Position numbers and translations under genes: made by a program
Shown here: in pieces, positions 1 to 9,408 of the stretch
How positions within the stretch are numbered: the first letter of the stretch is position 1
How the letters are laid out: every line of letters begins with the position of its first letter
Notes under the pieces: model-generated
What the model was told of the DNA's origin: nothing
What the model saw: the letters and a program-made list of their open reading frames with translations, nothing else
The model's database searches: none
Source of the DNA: Candidatus Saccharimonadota bacterium
GTDB taxonomy: Bacteria > Patescibacteriota > Saccharimonadia > Saccharimonadales > Saccharimonadaceae
Assembly: GCA_013333795.2 (NCBI GenBank)
Contig: JABCOE020000020.1
Span: 1 to 46,625, forward strand
Length of the DNA: 46,625 bases
Reading direction: 5' to 3'

Positions 1-1
1 C

Positions 2-109
2 CAGGGCAAACGCTTGAAAAATTACGTGCCGTTGGTTAGTACTATTGTCGCTGTGCTGGCTACGATATATTTCATCGTCTTTCATGTGGCTGTGCTGTTT
101 GTTAGGTAG
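2..109 (+). CDS. 3' end of a membrane protein (partial; ...QGKRLKNYVPLVSTIVAVLATIYFIVFHVAVLFVR*)
   Basis: Open frame from the window edge to TAG at 107-109 with a hydrophobic C-terminal helix. Confidence 0.55.
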   Translation, partial: QGKRLKNYVPLVSTIVAVLATIYFIVFHVAVLFVR

Positions 110-147
110 GGTGGTGCATGGCTGTTTATTTAGGTAATGCTAAAACA

Positions 148-176
148 TTGACAAATTATCAAATATGGAGTATAAT
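148..176 (+). promoter_or_regulatory. Consensus sigma70 promoter TTGACA-17-TATAAT
   Basis: TTGACA 148-153, 17-nt spacer, TATAAT 171-176. Confidence 0.85.
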
Positions 177-231
177 CATAAGCAGTTTACATCATTAACC
201 GTCTATAGACAGAAAAGGATACGATAAATAT

Positions 232-912
232 ATGAGCAGCAGCCGTTGGTATCTGGCATGAGGCACATAAGCCTGCGATGGATAGTGAGCAAATGCGCGA
301 AGCGACAAGTATAGCAGCCGAGGCTGTTTCGGATAAAATCGGGGAATTTGAAGGAAAAGATCCTCGCTATGTCGATGAAGATGGCGACTATTCTAGCTAT
401 CGTAATGACAAAGGTGATGATATAAGCGTATTTGCGTACAACACAGGTTCAGAGTACAAAAATCCGATAACGGGCGATATTAGTAAACCAGGTACATATG
501 TCAGAGTTACCTTAGAGAATAATAGTAATAGAGGTAAGCGTGATAAAAAAGGCACATTATCAAGGACAGGCTTCACATTTAAATCTGATAACCCTCGAGA
601 TTTTGATAATCTAATGGCTGATGGCCAACTAACTATAGACGAGGCTAAGATTTTATAAACAGCGGTCGTGTTAGTATCAGCGAGATTAAGTCGGTCGTAG
701 ACATTAACGGAGATGACGCTCTGGTTGATGAAACGTCAGACTATAATTCTCTCACTGGCGGCGATGAGAATTGGCGTCTTAGAATAGATGAACACGACGG
801 TGTTAGCGGGGTTGATAAAGGCAAGGATGGCTTATCTGGCGAGAGCGCAGTGGCACAAGTACAGAGAGTAGTTGATATGGTACAAGAAGATAATTGGGGC
901 GAATCTAAATAA
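232..912 (+). pseudogene. Acidic hypothetical protein broken by frameshift(s); pseudogene or assembly error
   Basis: AAAGGA then ATG at 232. The frame of ORF 278-658 is open from 236. After about 650 another frame continues FINSGRVSISEIK...DNWGESK* to TAA 910-912, followed by a terminator. Confidence 0.6.
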
Positions 913-940
913 TAAATTTTTAAGTAAGGACCATTAGGAT

Positions 941-969
941 AAAATACCTGCCTGATGGCAGGTATTTTT
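941..969 (+). terminator. Intrinsic terminator
   Basis: AAAATACCTGCC-tgat-GGCAGGTATTTT perfect inverted repeat with T-tract. Confidence 0.85.
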
Positions 970-1067
970 GATGCCGGCACCAGCAAGCCTCGTACTTACG
1001 AGCTGGCGTAGAGGTGGTGAGCTAGTATAGAAGCTGGCTTTAGCTAGCTTTTTCATAGCAGATAGGG

Positions 1068-1144
1068 TATAATATTAAGCGATATTAAACCTAAGGTTGC
1101 GTGAGATAACGTAACCATCCGTACGGATACCAAGGAGGTAATGT
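1068..1144 (+). promoter_or_regulatory. rpsF promoter and possible S6:S18-type leader RNA
   Basis: TATAAT 1068-1073; hairpin GGTTGCGT 1095-1102/ACGTAACC 1109-1116; CCG 1119-1121; ACCT can pair with the AGGAGGT SD. Confidence 0.4.
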
Positions 1145-1498
1145 ATGAGAGAATACGAGCTGACGGTTCTTATTCGGCCTGATTTGCAGGCGAATTTGGA
1201 CGCGGTGCTTAGCAAGGTCAAGCAGCTGATCGCCGATAACGGCGGTTCGGTTAAGGCCGAGGACAATTGGGGCAAAAATCGCCTCGCTTACAACATCAAA
1301 GGCGAAGATTTTGCGGTATATGTGTCGATGGATGTCGAGCTGCCAGCAGACGCGCCGCTCAAGATTAACAATGCGCTGAATATTAGCGACGAAGTTATCC
1401 GGTATTTATTGGTTAAGATAGATCACAAAGCGCGTGCCGCTCTGGCGGAGGCTAAGAAGCGCGCGGCTGAGCGCGAGGCTGAAAACAGCGAAGATTAA
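1145..1498 (+). CDS. rpsF: 30S ribosomal protein bS6
   Basis: MREYELTVLIRP, WGKNRLAYNIK motifs; rpsF-ssb-rpsR order. Confidence 0.97.
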   Translation: MREYELTVLIRPDLQANLDAVLSKVKQLIADNGGSVKAEDNWGKNRLAYNIKGEDFAVYVSMDVELPADAPLKINNALNISDEVIRYLLVKIDHKARAALAEAKKRAAEREAENSED

Positions 1499-1523
1499 GC
1501 CATAAATAGGAGGGAAATCTATC

Positions 1524-1967
1524 ATGGCAAAGGGGTTTAACAAAGTAATATTGATGGGAAATCTGACGCGCGATGTTGAATTGCGAACAACGACGAGCGG
1601 CCAGAGTGTAGCTAATTTTAGTTTGGCGGTTAGCCGTAGCTGGCGCAACCAAGACGGCCAGCAGCAAGACCAGACCAGCTTCATTAACTGCGTAGCTTGG
1701 GGCAAGCCGGGCGAGATTATCTCGCAATATGTCAAAAAAGGCGCGCCGCTTTTGGTGAGCGGCCGGCTCGACCAGCGTAGTTACGAAGATAAAGATGGTA
1801 ATAAGCGGTCGGCTGTCGAGGTGGTAGTCGAAGATTTCAACTTTGTTGGTGGTCGTAACGACAGTAATGCACCGGCATCGACACCGCCGCCAGCGACTAG
1901 CACCAAAGATGTGGTCGTCGAGGATATCGACGATAAGCCAATCGACTTAAGCGAGATCCCATTTTAA
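1524..1967 (+). CDS. ssb: Single-stranded DNA-binding protein
   Basis: NKVILMGNLTRD OB-fold start; acidic C-terminal tip ending EIPF. Confidence 0.98.
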   Translation: MAKGFNKVILMGNLTRDVELRTTTSGQSVANFSLAVSRSWRNQDGQQQDQTSFINCVAWGKPGEIISQYVKKGAPLLVSGRLDQRSYEDKDGNKRSAVEVVVEDFNFVGGRNDSNAPASTPPPATSTKDVVVEDIDDKPIDLSEIPF

Positions 1968-1989
1968 CGATTAGAAAGGATTATAAAAT

Positions 1990-2193
1990 ATGGCAAAAAA
2001 AATGCGCAAGGATGCTCCGGTAGTATTCTTGTATAAAGAGGTGAAGACACTGTTGCGCTATATTAGTCCGGTGAGCGGCCAAATCGAGCCAATTTCCAAG
2101 ACGGGCTTGAGTGCTAAATTGCAGCGGATGCTGGCTCGCGAGGTAAAGCGGGCGCGTCATCTGGCGCTGTTACCGTTTGTGACGCGAGATTAG
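1990..2193 (+). CDS. rpsR: 30S ribosomal protein bS18 (short, no Zn-ligand cysteines)
   Basis: TGLSAKLQRMLAREVKRARHLALLPF; operon position. Confidence 0.93.
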   Translation: MAKKMRKDAPVVFLYKEVKTLLRYISPVSGQIEPISKTGLSAKLQRMLAREVKRARHLALLPFVTRD

Positions 2194-2263
2194 GGAATTT
2201 TCCAGCGTACGAAATGCTTTGTCGTGCGCTGAAGGGTATTTCTAAGACGCAAAAGGAGATGAA

Positions 2264-2824
2264 ATGTATCAGCCAACTGATTTGAAAAAAGGCGTAGTAT
2301 GCCAAATCGACAGTCAACCGTATCGAGTGATTGACTACAACCAGAAAGTTATGGGCCGCGGCGGTTCTATCGTTAATGTCAAATTGAAGAATTTAATTAC
2401 TGGTGCGGTTATTCCCAAAACGTTTAAAGGCCAAGATAAGATTGAGCCAGCCGAGGTGACTAGCAAAACTGTCCAATATTTATACAATGACGGTTCAGCT
2501 TTCTTTTTCATGGATCCGAATAGTTTTGAGCAGTTTGAGTTGTCGGCCGATTTGGTTGACGAAGCTAAAAACTTCATGAAAGAGGGCGACGAGCTAGCTT
2601 TGCAATTCTTTGACGGTAAGGTGATTACCGTCGAGATGCCGAAAAATGTTTATTTGGAAGTGACCTATACAGAGGCAGTTGTTAAGGGCGACACGACTAG
2701 CAGTGTTTTGAAAGATGCAACGCTTGAGACAGGCGCGGTCGTTAAGGTGCCGGCTTTTATAAAGGTTGGCGATATTATTTCGGTTGACACGTCTACAGGC
2801 GAGTATCGCGAACGCAAGAAATAG
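2264..2824 (+). CDS. efp: Elongation factor P
   Basis: KGDT, ATLETGAVVKVPAFI, VDTSTGEYRER motifs; tip loop is VMGRGG. Confidence 0.96.
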   Translation: MYQPTDLKKGVVCQIDSQPYRVIDYNQKVMGRGGSIVNVKLKNLITGAVIPKTFKGQDKIEPAEVTSKTVQYLYNDGSAFFFMDPNSFEQFELSADLVDEAKNFMKEGDELALQFFDGKVITVEMPKNVYLEVTYTEAVVKGDTTSSVLKDATLETGAVVKVPAFIKVGDIISVDTSTGEYRERKK

Positions 2825-2870
2825 CTTATTAAACTAAAATAAGTGTTTCGCAGCGTGCTAAAATGTAAAT

Positions 2871-4634
2871 ATGACTAACAAGCGAGCGCGTGCCGCTGCA
2901 AGTGCTAAACGCCTGCACAAAAAAGTTAAACAACCATATCGTTCGGTAATGCCCGAGCAAAAACGTCACCGGATGTTAGTTTGGGCGGCGTTTTTTGTTG
3001 CAGCGGCGATTTTGGCTGTGCAAATATTGTATCCGCTTGATCGAGCGCTGCCGCTAGCGCGGATGAATGGCCGCTGGGTTGGTTGGCAGAGTGAGACAGA
3101 TTTGGCTAACCAAGCGACGTTAGTATTCCAGCGATCGAAAATTAAATTCATTATTGGCGGCAAACCGAGCGGTATTTATACGCTGAGTGAAGCTGGTGCT
3201 GATATCAAGGCTGAGGAGATGGCGAGTCGACTAGCGAACTATCCCTTTTGGCTGCGTTTGGTGCCGTTTTCGATATTTTGGCAGCTGCCAAATGTGCAAA
3301 CGCTAGATCTAGCTTTCGCGCTGCCGACATTAGAGGTTTTTGCACAAAAAACTAGTTCGCAACTGTCGCGGCTGCCAATAAACGCTGGCGTGGCGTTTAA
3401 AGCCGGTCAGCTAACGGCGGTTAATGATGTGCCGGGACATTTGGTGAGTGCGCAAGCTATCAAAAACGTGCTGCAAACAATCAAGTATTCATTTGCTGGC
3501 ATGACGGAGCTCCGAATTGATGCTAAGTTGCAAGAGGCGTCGCGGCGCAGTACGGCGTTCGCTTCTGTCCGTAATCAAGCCGAGCAAGCATTGGCTCGTC
3601 CTTTGACGATTCGCGCTGCCGATCAGACGTTTGCAGTTGGCAATGCTGAGAAAGCTTCGTGGCTAGAGTTTGGCGAAACAACAGAAGGTGGCACGACCCT
3701 GGTGATTAACAGGCAAAAACTACAAAGCTCAATTGATAATTGGTCAAAAGCAGCTGGACGTTCGGCTGGCCAGACAAATATCAATATTGAGAACGGGCGA
3801 GAAGTCTCGCGAACCACTGGTGAGAAAGGTAGCCAAATCGATGCGGCTTCAATAGTGCAACCAGTCACTGATTATCTGCTGAGAGGCCAAGGTAGCGGCG
3901 TGATCTTGGCGGCGCTGACTGATTTAGAGCCGAGCGTAATTTATAATAACCGCTATACTCCTACCGAAGATGGCTTGCGAGCTTATGTAAGTGATAAGGC
4001 ACGTAATGGTGCTTGGTTCTCGATTCGCCAGCTGGGCGGCAGCGGTTGGTCGGCAGATGCCGATGCCGAGGAGAGTGTTGTTAGCGCTAGTACTTATAAA
4101 CTGTTCGTTGCTAAACGCTTGTTTGATGAGATAAATGCTGGGGGAATTAGCTGGAACGACCCGATGCTTGACACGACAGTGTCGGGCTGTTTTGATCGGA
4201 TGACTATTGCCAGTACTAATCCATGCGCGGTGGCATGGCTAGATAGATTTGGCCGGCAAAATCTGAACGATTTTGTTTACCGACTAGGGTTTTCGCGGGC
4301 AGTGACTTTTACGCACGCGCAGGCAACTCATGTGTCGGCGGGTGATCTGACGAAATTCATGGTCGGATTGGAGACTGGCTCGCTAATTGGCGGAGCGCAG
4401 CGCGAGCGGCTGTTGTATTCTTTGTCGCACCATCCTTACCGTTATGGTATACCGACGGGTAGCCAAGCACGCGAAGTTTATGATAAGGTTGGCTTTTTGT
4501 GGAACTACGTGCACGACACGGCGATTGTCCGGCATCCGCGCGGTACATATGTGATGACGATTATGACTCAGGGCAAATCGTACGCAGCAATCGCGGCGAT
4601 GACCCGCGACATTGAGCGGATTATGTATCCATAG
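2871..4634 (+). CDS. Membrane-anchored serine beta-lactamase/PBP-like protein with N-terminal putative peptidoglycan-binding (PG_binding_4-like) region
   Basis: N-terminal TM helix; C-terminal SxxK (STYK), SxN (STN), K(V)G and HDTAIV motifs. Confidence 0.75.
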   Translation: MTNKRARAAASAKRLHKKVKQPYRSVMPEQKRHRMLVWAAFFVAAAILAVQILYPLDRALPLARMNGRWVGWQSETDLANQATLVFQRSKIKFIIGGKPSGIYTLSEAGADIKAEEMASRLANYPFWLRLVPFSIFWQLPNVQTLDLAFALPTLEVFAQKTSSQLSRLPINAGVAFKAGQLTAVNDVPGHLVSAQAIKNVLQTIKYSFAGMTELRIDAKLQEASRRSTAFASVRNQAEQALARPLTIRAADQTFAVGNAEKASWLEFGETTEGGTTLVINRQKLQSSIDNWSKAAGRSAGQTNINIENGREVSRTTGEKGSQIDAASIVQPVTDYLLRGQGSGVILAALTDLEPSVIYNNRYTPTEDGLRAYVSDKARNGAWFSIRQLGGSGWSADADAEESVVSASTYKLFVAKRLFDEINAGGISWNDPMLDTTVSGCFDRMTIASTNPCAVAWLDRFGRQNLNDFVYRLGFSRAVTFTHAQATHVSAGDLTKFMVGLETGSLIGGAQRERLLYSLSHHPYRYGIPTGSQAREVYDKVGFLWNYVHDTAIVRHPRGTYVMTIMTQGKSYAAIAAMTRDIERIMYP

Positions 4635-4646
4635 TAGAATTGAGGA

Positions 4647-5372
4647 ATGAAGCAACGGTTAGATAAATTGATGCTGGCGCGCGGATTGGTGGGTTCGCGT
4701 TCGGAAGCCGAGAATTGGATTCGTTTGGGACGTGTGCGCGTTGGCAGGCGGGCGGCAACTAAGCCAGGGTTGGTCGTTGATGAGTCGGTATCAATTGAGT
4801 TGACAGCACCAGAGCGTTATGTGTCGCGGGCCGGACTAAAATTGGCGGGCGCGGTGAAAGCTTTTAATTTGAATTTTCGCGGCAAGACGGTTTTGGATGT
4901 CGGCAGCAGCACGGGCGGCTTTACCGATTTTGCGTTGCAGCACGGGGCAAAAAAAGTGCTTGCCGTGGATGTCGGCACCGATCAGCTGCACCCGAGCTTA
5001 CGCGGCAATAAACGAATTGAGCTGTATGAAAAAACTGACATTCGGGATTTTGTGCCAAATGAAACTCCGGATATGGTAGTGATTGACGTGTCGTTTATTA
5101 GTCTGAGGCAAATCTTGCCGCACGTTGCGAAAATCGTTGATAAAAATACAACGATAGTAGCAATGGTTAAACCGCAGTTTGAGGCGCAACGCCAACAGCT
5201 GACTCGCGGCGGTGTCGTCAAGAATGACGGCGTGCGGCGGGCAATCTTGCGCGAATTCGAGCAGTGGGCGCGTGCTAATTTCATAATTATTAATAAAGCA
5301 GATAGCGAAGTGAAAGGCGCGCACGGCAACTTGGAGCGGTTTTATATATTGAGAAAAGCTGGAAGTTGTTAG
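4647..5372 (+). CDS. tlyA: TlyA-family rRNA 2'-O-methyltransferase (S4 + FtsJ domains)
   Basis: RLDK, YVSRAGLKL, DVGSSTGGFTD, VKPQFE, GNLE motifs. Confidence 0.95.
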   Translation: MKQRLDKLMLARGLVGSRSEAENWIRLGRVRVGRRAATKPGLVVDESVSIELTAPERYVSRAGLKLAGAVKAFNLNFRGKTVLDVGSSTGGFTDFALQHGAKKVLAVDVGTDQLHPSLRGNKRIELYEKTDIRDFVPNETPDMVVIDVSFISLRQILPHVAKIVDKNTTIVAMVKPQFEAQRQQLTRGGVVKNDGVRRAILREFEQWARANFIIINKADSEVKGAHGNLERFYILRKAGSC

Positions 5373-5448
5373 CGGCTTATGCGGCTGGCCAGTGATTCGC
5401 TGGCAAATTGGTCTAAGCTATATCAAATCTAAGCGATTAAATGCTAAA

Positions 5449-6531
5449 TTATTTACTAACGTTAAATCTAAATTCAACTACATCATCTGGCTGCATGACG
5501 TAAGTTTTACCTTCGGTGCGGATTTTGCCGGCGGCGCGAGCGTTAGACTCTGAGCCGGCAGCGACTAAATCATCGTAATTAACAACTTGAGCAGCGATAA
5601 AGCCCTTTTCGAAATCAGTGTGAATGACGCCAGCTGCTTGCGGCGCTGTCCAGCCCTGGTGGATTGTCCAGGCGCGAACTTCTTTCGGTCCGGCAGTTAA
5701 GTAGCTTTGCAGTCCGAGTAGATCGTAGGCGGCGCGAATCATTTGCGTTAGTCCGGCTTCTGGCACGTCGTAACTTTGTAAGAGTTCGAGTGTATCGCTG
5801 GGGTTAAGGCCTTTAATCTCGTCTTCAAGCTTGGCGCAGATGAATAGGCTGCGAGCGTGTGGCACGAGATTGCGCAGGCTCTGCTTCTTGTCTTCGCTAG
5901 CCAGGGTTTCTTCATTGACGTTGAACACATAAATTACCGGCTTAGCAGTCAAAAGGTGTAAATCAGCGATATCGTCAGGATCGACGCCGGAAATTTCGTT
6001 AATTGGCGTGCCAGCGCGCAGTTTTTCAGCAAGCGCTTCTAAACGATTTTTGATAGTGCTAGCTTTGGGGTTGGCTTTGGCCTCTTTGGCGAGGCGAGTC
6101 AGGCGAGTTTCTAGCGTTTGCAAATCAGCCAGAATTAGTTCGGTATTGATAGTGTCGATATCGCGTTTTGGATCGATAATATTCTCGACATGAACGATAT
6201 CGTCGCTTTCAAAAGCACGGACGATATGGACAATGGCATCGCATTGACGGATGTTAGCTAAGAATTTATTGCCTAAGCCTTCGCCTTTGGAAGCTCCGGC
6301 GACCAGCCCGGCAATATCGACAAAAGTCACGGTAGCCGGGATAATTTTCTCAGCGTGGTACATTTTGGCGAGGACGTTTAGGCGCTCATCGGGTACCGGC
6401 ACGATGCCGGTGTTTGGTTCGATAGTGGCAAAAGGATAATTGGCCGCTAAAATATTATTATTAGTTAAAGCATTAAAAAGCGTGGATTTACCAACATTCG
6501 GCAAACCGACAATTCCGATAGATAAACTCAT
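5449..6531 (-). CDS. ychF: Ribosome-binding ATPase YchF
   Basis: GLPNVGKST, NYPFATIEPN, DIAGLV, APQAAGVIHTDF. Confidence 0.98.
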   Translation of the reverse strand: MSLSIGIVGLPNVGKSTLFNALTNNNILAANYPFATIEPNTGIVPVPDERLNVLAKMYHAEKIIPATVTFVDIAGLVAGASKGEGLGNKFLANIRQCDAIVHIVRAFESDDIVHVENIIDPKRDIDTINTELILADLQTLETRLTRLAKEAKANPKASTIKNRLEALAEKLRAGTPINEISGVDPDDIADLHLLTAKPVIYVFNVNEETLASEDKKQSLRNLVPHARSLFICAKLEDEIKGLNPSDTLELLQSYDVPEAGLTQMIRAAYDLLGLQSYLTAGPKEVRAWTIHQGWTAPQAAGVIHTDFEKGFIAAQVVNYDDLVAAGSESNARAAGKIRTEGKTYVMQPDDVVEFRFNVSK

Positions 6532-6625
6532 AATCCTACATTATAGCATTTAAAGGGTATTGTCCGAAAAGTAATTATCTAAAAAGCTTGCGTTTTTTAC
6601 TTTGCTTATGCATAATATAAGGTAT

Positions 6626-7678
6626 ATGAAAATTCAAAAAGGGATGGGCGATTTCTTTGCACTCGACATCGGTACCAACGCGGTGCGAGTATTGCAGCTA
6701 GCTGCTTCTGGCCAGGGCAGTTGGAATCTGGTGGCATACGGATATGTGCCTGTCGATCACAAAATTACCGCGAGTGACTCGCCAGAAGCACGGCGCCGGC
6801 TCGGCGAGGCCACGATGACGGCAGTAGGCCAGTCTGGTATTCGTACTAAAAATGTAGCGATTGGCTTGCCGTCGAGTAAGACTTTCACCACGGTTATTGA
6901 CGTGCCAGCAATGAGCGAAGCGGAACTGCGGGCGACTATGAAATACCAAGTCGATCAGTATATTCCGATGAGCAGTGATGAGGCGAAAGTTGACTGGGCA
7001 TTGCTAGGCGGTTCGCTAAAGTCGCAAAACCAAAATGAAGTATTAATCACTAGTGTGTCCAAGCAATATAGCGAAGAACGTTTGGAGTTAATTGAATCGC
7101 TTGGCCTGAATGTGATAGCTGAAGAGCCAGATCCGTTAGCGCTGGTGCGAGCGTTAGTACCAGCGACTGCTAGTAATTCAGCTTATATGCTGGTCGATAT
7201 GGGCGAGTTATCGACAGATATCGCTTTGACTTACGGCGATACGCCGCGGTTAATCAGGACGATTCCGACTGGGCTGAACTCGCTAGTTAAGGCTGTGGCT
7301 CAGAACCTGAGCGTCCAAGAGGATCAGGCTCGCCAGTTTATCCTGAAATTTGGTCTAGATCAAAGTCGCCTCGAAGGGCAAGTCTTCCGTGCTGTCGAGA
7401 TGCCACTCGATAATTTTGCTTCTGAATTGTCAAAATCGATTAAATTCTTCCAGAATAGATATGAAGATGTGGCGGTTTCTCAAGCTTTATTATCTGGATA
7501 CGGCGCGACTGTGCCGCAAATCGATTCGTATTTGGCGGGCAAGATTAATATATCAGCGGTTGCAACTAGCCCTTGGCAAAATATAAATGTCTCGCAGAGC
7601 ATGCAGCAGCAACTAGCGCCGATTGCTAACGAGTTTGCTACGGCGGTTGGCCTGGCGAAACGGAGAAACTTGTCATGA
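6626..7678 (+). CDS. pilM: Type IV pilus assembly protein PilM
   Basis: ALDIGTNAVR and LVDMG actin-like motifs, C-terminal TAVGLA. Start placed at ATG 6626, downstream of TTGCGT-17-CATAAT (6588-6616). Confidence 0.92.
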   Translation: MKIQKGMGDFFALDIGTNAVRVLQLAASGQGSWNLVAYGYVPVDHKITASDSPEARRRLGEATMTAVGQSGIRTKNVAIGLPSSKTFTTVIDVPAMSEAELRATMKYQVDQYIPMSSDEAKVDWALLGGSLKSQNQNEVLITSVSKQYSEERLELIESLGLNVIAEEPDPLALVRALVPATASNSAYMLVDMGELSTDIALTYGDTPRLIRTIPTGLNSLVKAVAQNLSVQEDQARQFILKFGLDQSRLEGQVFRAVEMPLDNFASELSKSIKFFQNRYEDVAVSQALLSGYGATVPQIDSYLAGKINISAVATSPWQNINVSQSMQQQLAPIANEFATAVGLAKRRNLS

Positions 7679-8400
7679 TTGAAGTAAACCTAATACCAGA
7701 CGTTAAGCGGGAATATTTGCACGCTCAGCGGGTTCGTAATACGGTGATATCGGTATCAATGTTAGTGGCTGCAGCTGCGGCAGGTACTGTGATTGTGTTG
7801 GGGCTTGCTTTGGGGTCGCTGCAGTTTGCTAGCGGTCAGGCTGATAATGCTATTAAAAGCAAATATAAAGAACTTAGCGATAAACCAGATATTAATGATC
7901 TTTTGACTATCCAGAATCAGCTAACTCAGATTGATATGATCAGTAGCAATCGAGGCGTTAATTCACGCATCTTTGATACTTTGAGCGCGGTTAATCCACA
8001 GGCGCCAAACAACGTGACTATGTCAACGGTGCGTTATAATGCGTCAGAAAAAACGATTACCATAGAAGGTTCAACCGCTGGCGGTTTTAATGCGGTAGAC
8101 GCTCTCAAAAAAACCATTCTTAATACTAAATTGAAATACACGAAAGATTCGGAATCTGCAGAAACGCCGCTATCTAGCTCTGTGAGAATTACCAACACGG
8201 CGTATGCCGAAGATTCTGGCGGAGAGAAGAAACTGACGTTTACTCTGACGTTTTCTTATCCCGAAGAATTGTTATCGAACAGCGTTAAAAGCTTAGTAAT
8301 CGTTTCGCCGACTGGCTCGGTAGACGTGACTGATTCAAAAAAGCACGTGCCAGATTCGCTGTTTGAGGCAAAGACTTCAAACAAAAAGGAGGATAAATAA
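7675..8400 (+). CDS. pilN: Type IV pilus alignment protein PilN
   Basis: N-terminal VNLIP (INLLP-like) motif followed by a TM helix; follows pilM. Confidence 0.85.
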   Translation: MIEVNLIPDVKREYLHAQRVRNTVISVSMLVAAAAAGTVIVLGLALGSLQFASGQADNAIKSKYKELSDKPDINDLLTIQNQLTQIDMISSNRGVNSRIFDTLSAVNPQAPNNVTMSTVRYNASEKTITIEGSTAGGFNAVDALKKTILNTKLKYTKDSESAETPLSSSVRITNTAYAEDSGGEKKLTFTLTFSYPEELLSNSVKSLVIVSPTGSVDVTDSKKHVPDSLFEAKTSNKKEDK

Positions 8401-9107
8401 TGGCGGAAGCAAAGAAAGATACCTCGCTAAATAAGCGCCGGCAAATTGATCGTAGCGGCCGCGTAATGTTTGGCTGGGGGGCAGGCGCGTCGGTTTTGGT
8501 TGGCTTTGCACTAGTTATTGGCGGTTTTCTAGTACAGCGCATAGTTTTTGAGACGAAAGTTCTAGCCGAAAAGAATCAAACGACATCGACGCTCGATAGT
8601 AATATTAAGACGTATGACGGTTTGCGCGACAATATCCGCGTGTTAAACACCAATTCGGCGCTCGGCTCTGCAAAACTTAATGACAAGGAAGATCCGCTGC
8701 GTGTTATCTTGGACGCTTTGCCAGCTGACGACAACTCGCTAGCACTTGGCGCCTCTGTGCAAAATTTGGGTGGCCGAGTGCCTGGCGCTAAGCTTGAGTC
8801 TTTTCAAACAGTTTCTTCGAACGAAAATTCCTCTGATAGTAACAAAAATAACAGCTCGTCAAGCGACAACAATGCCGATAATTCTAGAAGTGTTCAACAG
8901 ATAGCCTTTACGATGGAATTATCAGCCAGCAATGCAGAGATACTGCGCAATGTTTTGCGTAATTTCGAGAAGTCAATTCGCGTGATTGATATTGACGAAT
9001 CGACGATTGAAGCGTCAGATTCTAAGTTTACGATGTCAATTTCTGGACATGCTTATTACTTGCCAGGTAAAACAGTTCAGCTTAACAAGAAGGGGATAAA
9101 GCCGTGA
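8400..9107 (+). CDS. pilO: PilO-like pilus alignment protein
   Basis: Single TM, coiled coil, DALP and FEKSIRVIDI motifs; third gene of the MNO cluster. Confidence 0.75.
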   Translation: MAEAKKDTSLNKRRQIDRSGRVMFGWGAGASVLVGFALVIGGFLVQRIVFETKVLAEKNQTTSTLDSNIKTYDGLRDNIRVLNTNSALGSAKLNDKEDPLRVILDALPADDNSLALGASVQNLGGRVPGAKLESFQTVSSNENSSDSNKNNSSSSDNNADNSRSVQQIAFTMELSASNAEILRNVLRNFEKSIRVIDIDESTIEASDSKFTMSISGHAYYLPGKTVQLNKKGIKP

Positions 9108-9397
9108 AAAAGAGCGATATAGCGATGATTGTACTGATTGCCGGTTTATCTATGCTAATAGCGTTTACTATTGGTAACAATATTCCTGCGCTTAAGGCGC
9201 CGCGGGTTGGTACTAGTGTTAGCACGATTGAGAAAATGAGCAGTGATGTCAAAGAACCAAGCTCGGAAGTTTTTAATTCTAATGCCATAAATCCGACAGT
9301 AGAAACAATAATTGGTTCATCTAGCTCGCCTAATTCACCCGATGCCGCAGCCAACCAGAGCCAAAACCAGGATCGTAGTCAGAATCAAAGTAGGTAG
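9104..9397 (+). CDS. Small membrane-anchored pilus-cluster protein (in PilP position)
   Basis: N-terminal hydrophobic helix; start overlaps pilO stop; INPT motif. Confidence 0.6.
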   Translation: MKKSDIAMIVLIAGLSMLIAFTIGNNIPALKAPRVGTSVSTIEKMSSDVKEPSSEVFNSNAINPTVETIIGSSSSPNSPDAAANQSQNQDRSQNQSR

Positions 9398-9408
9398 GAG
9401 TCTTTCTA

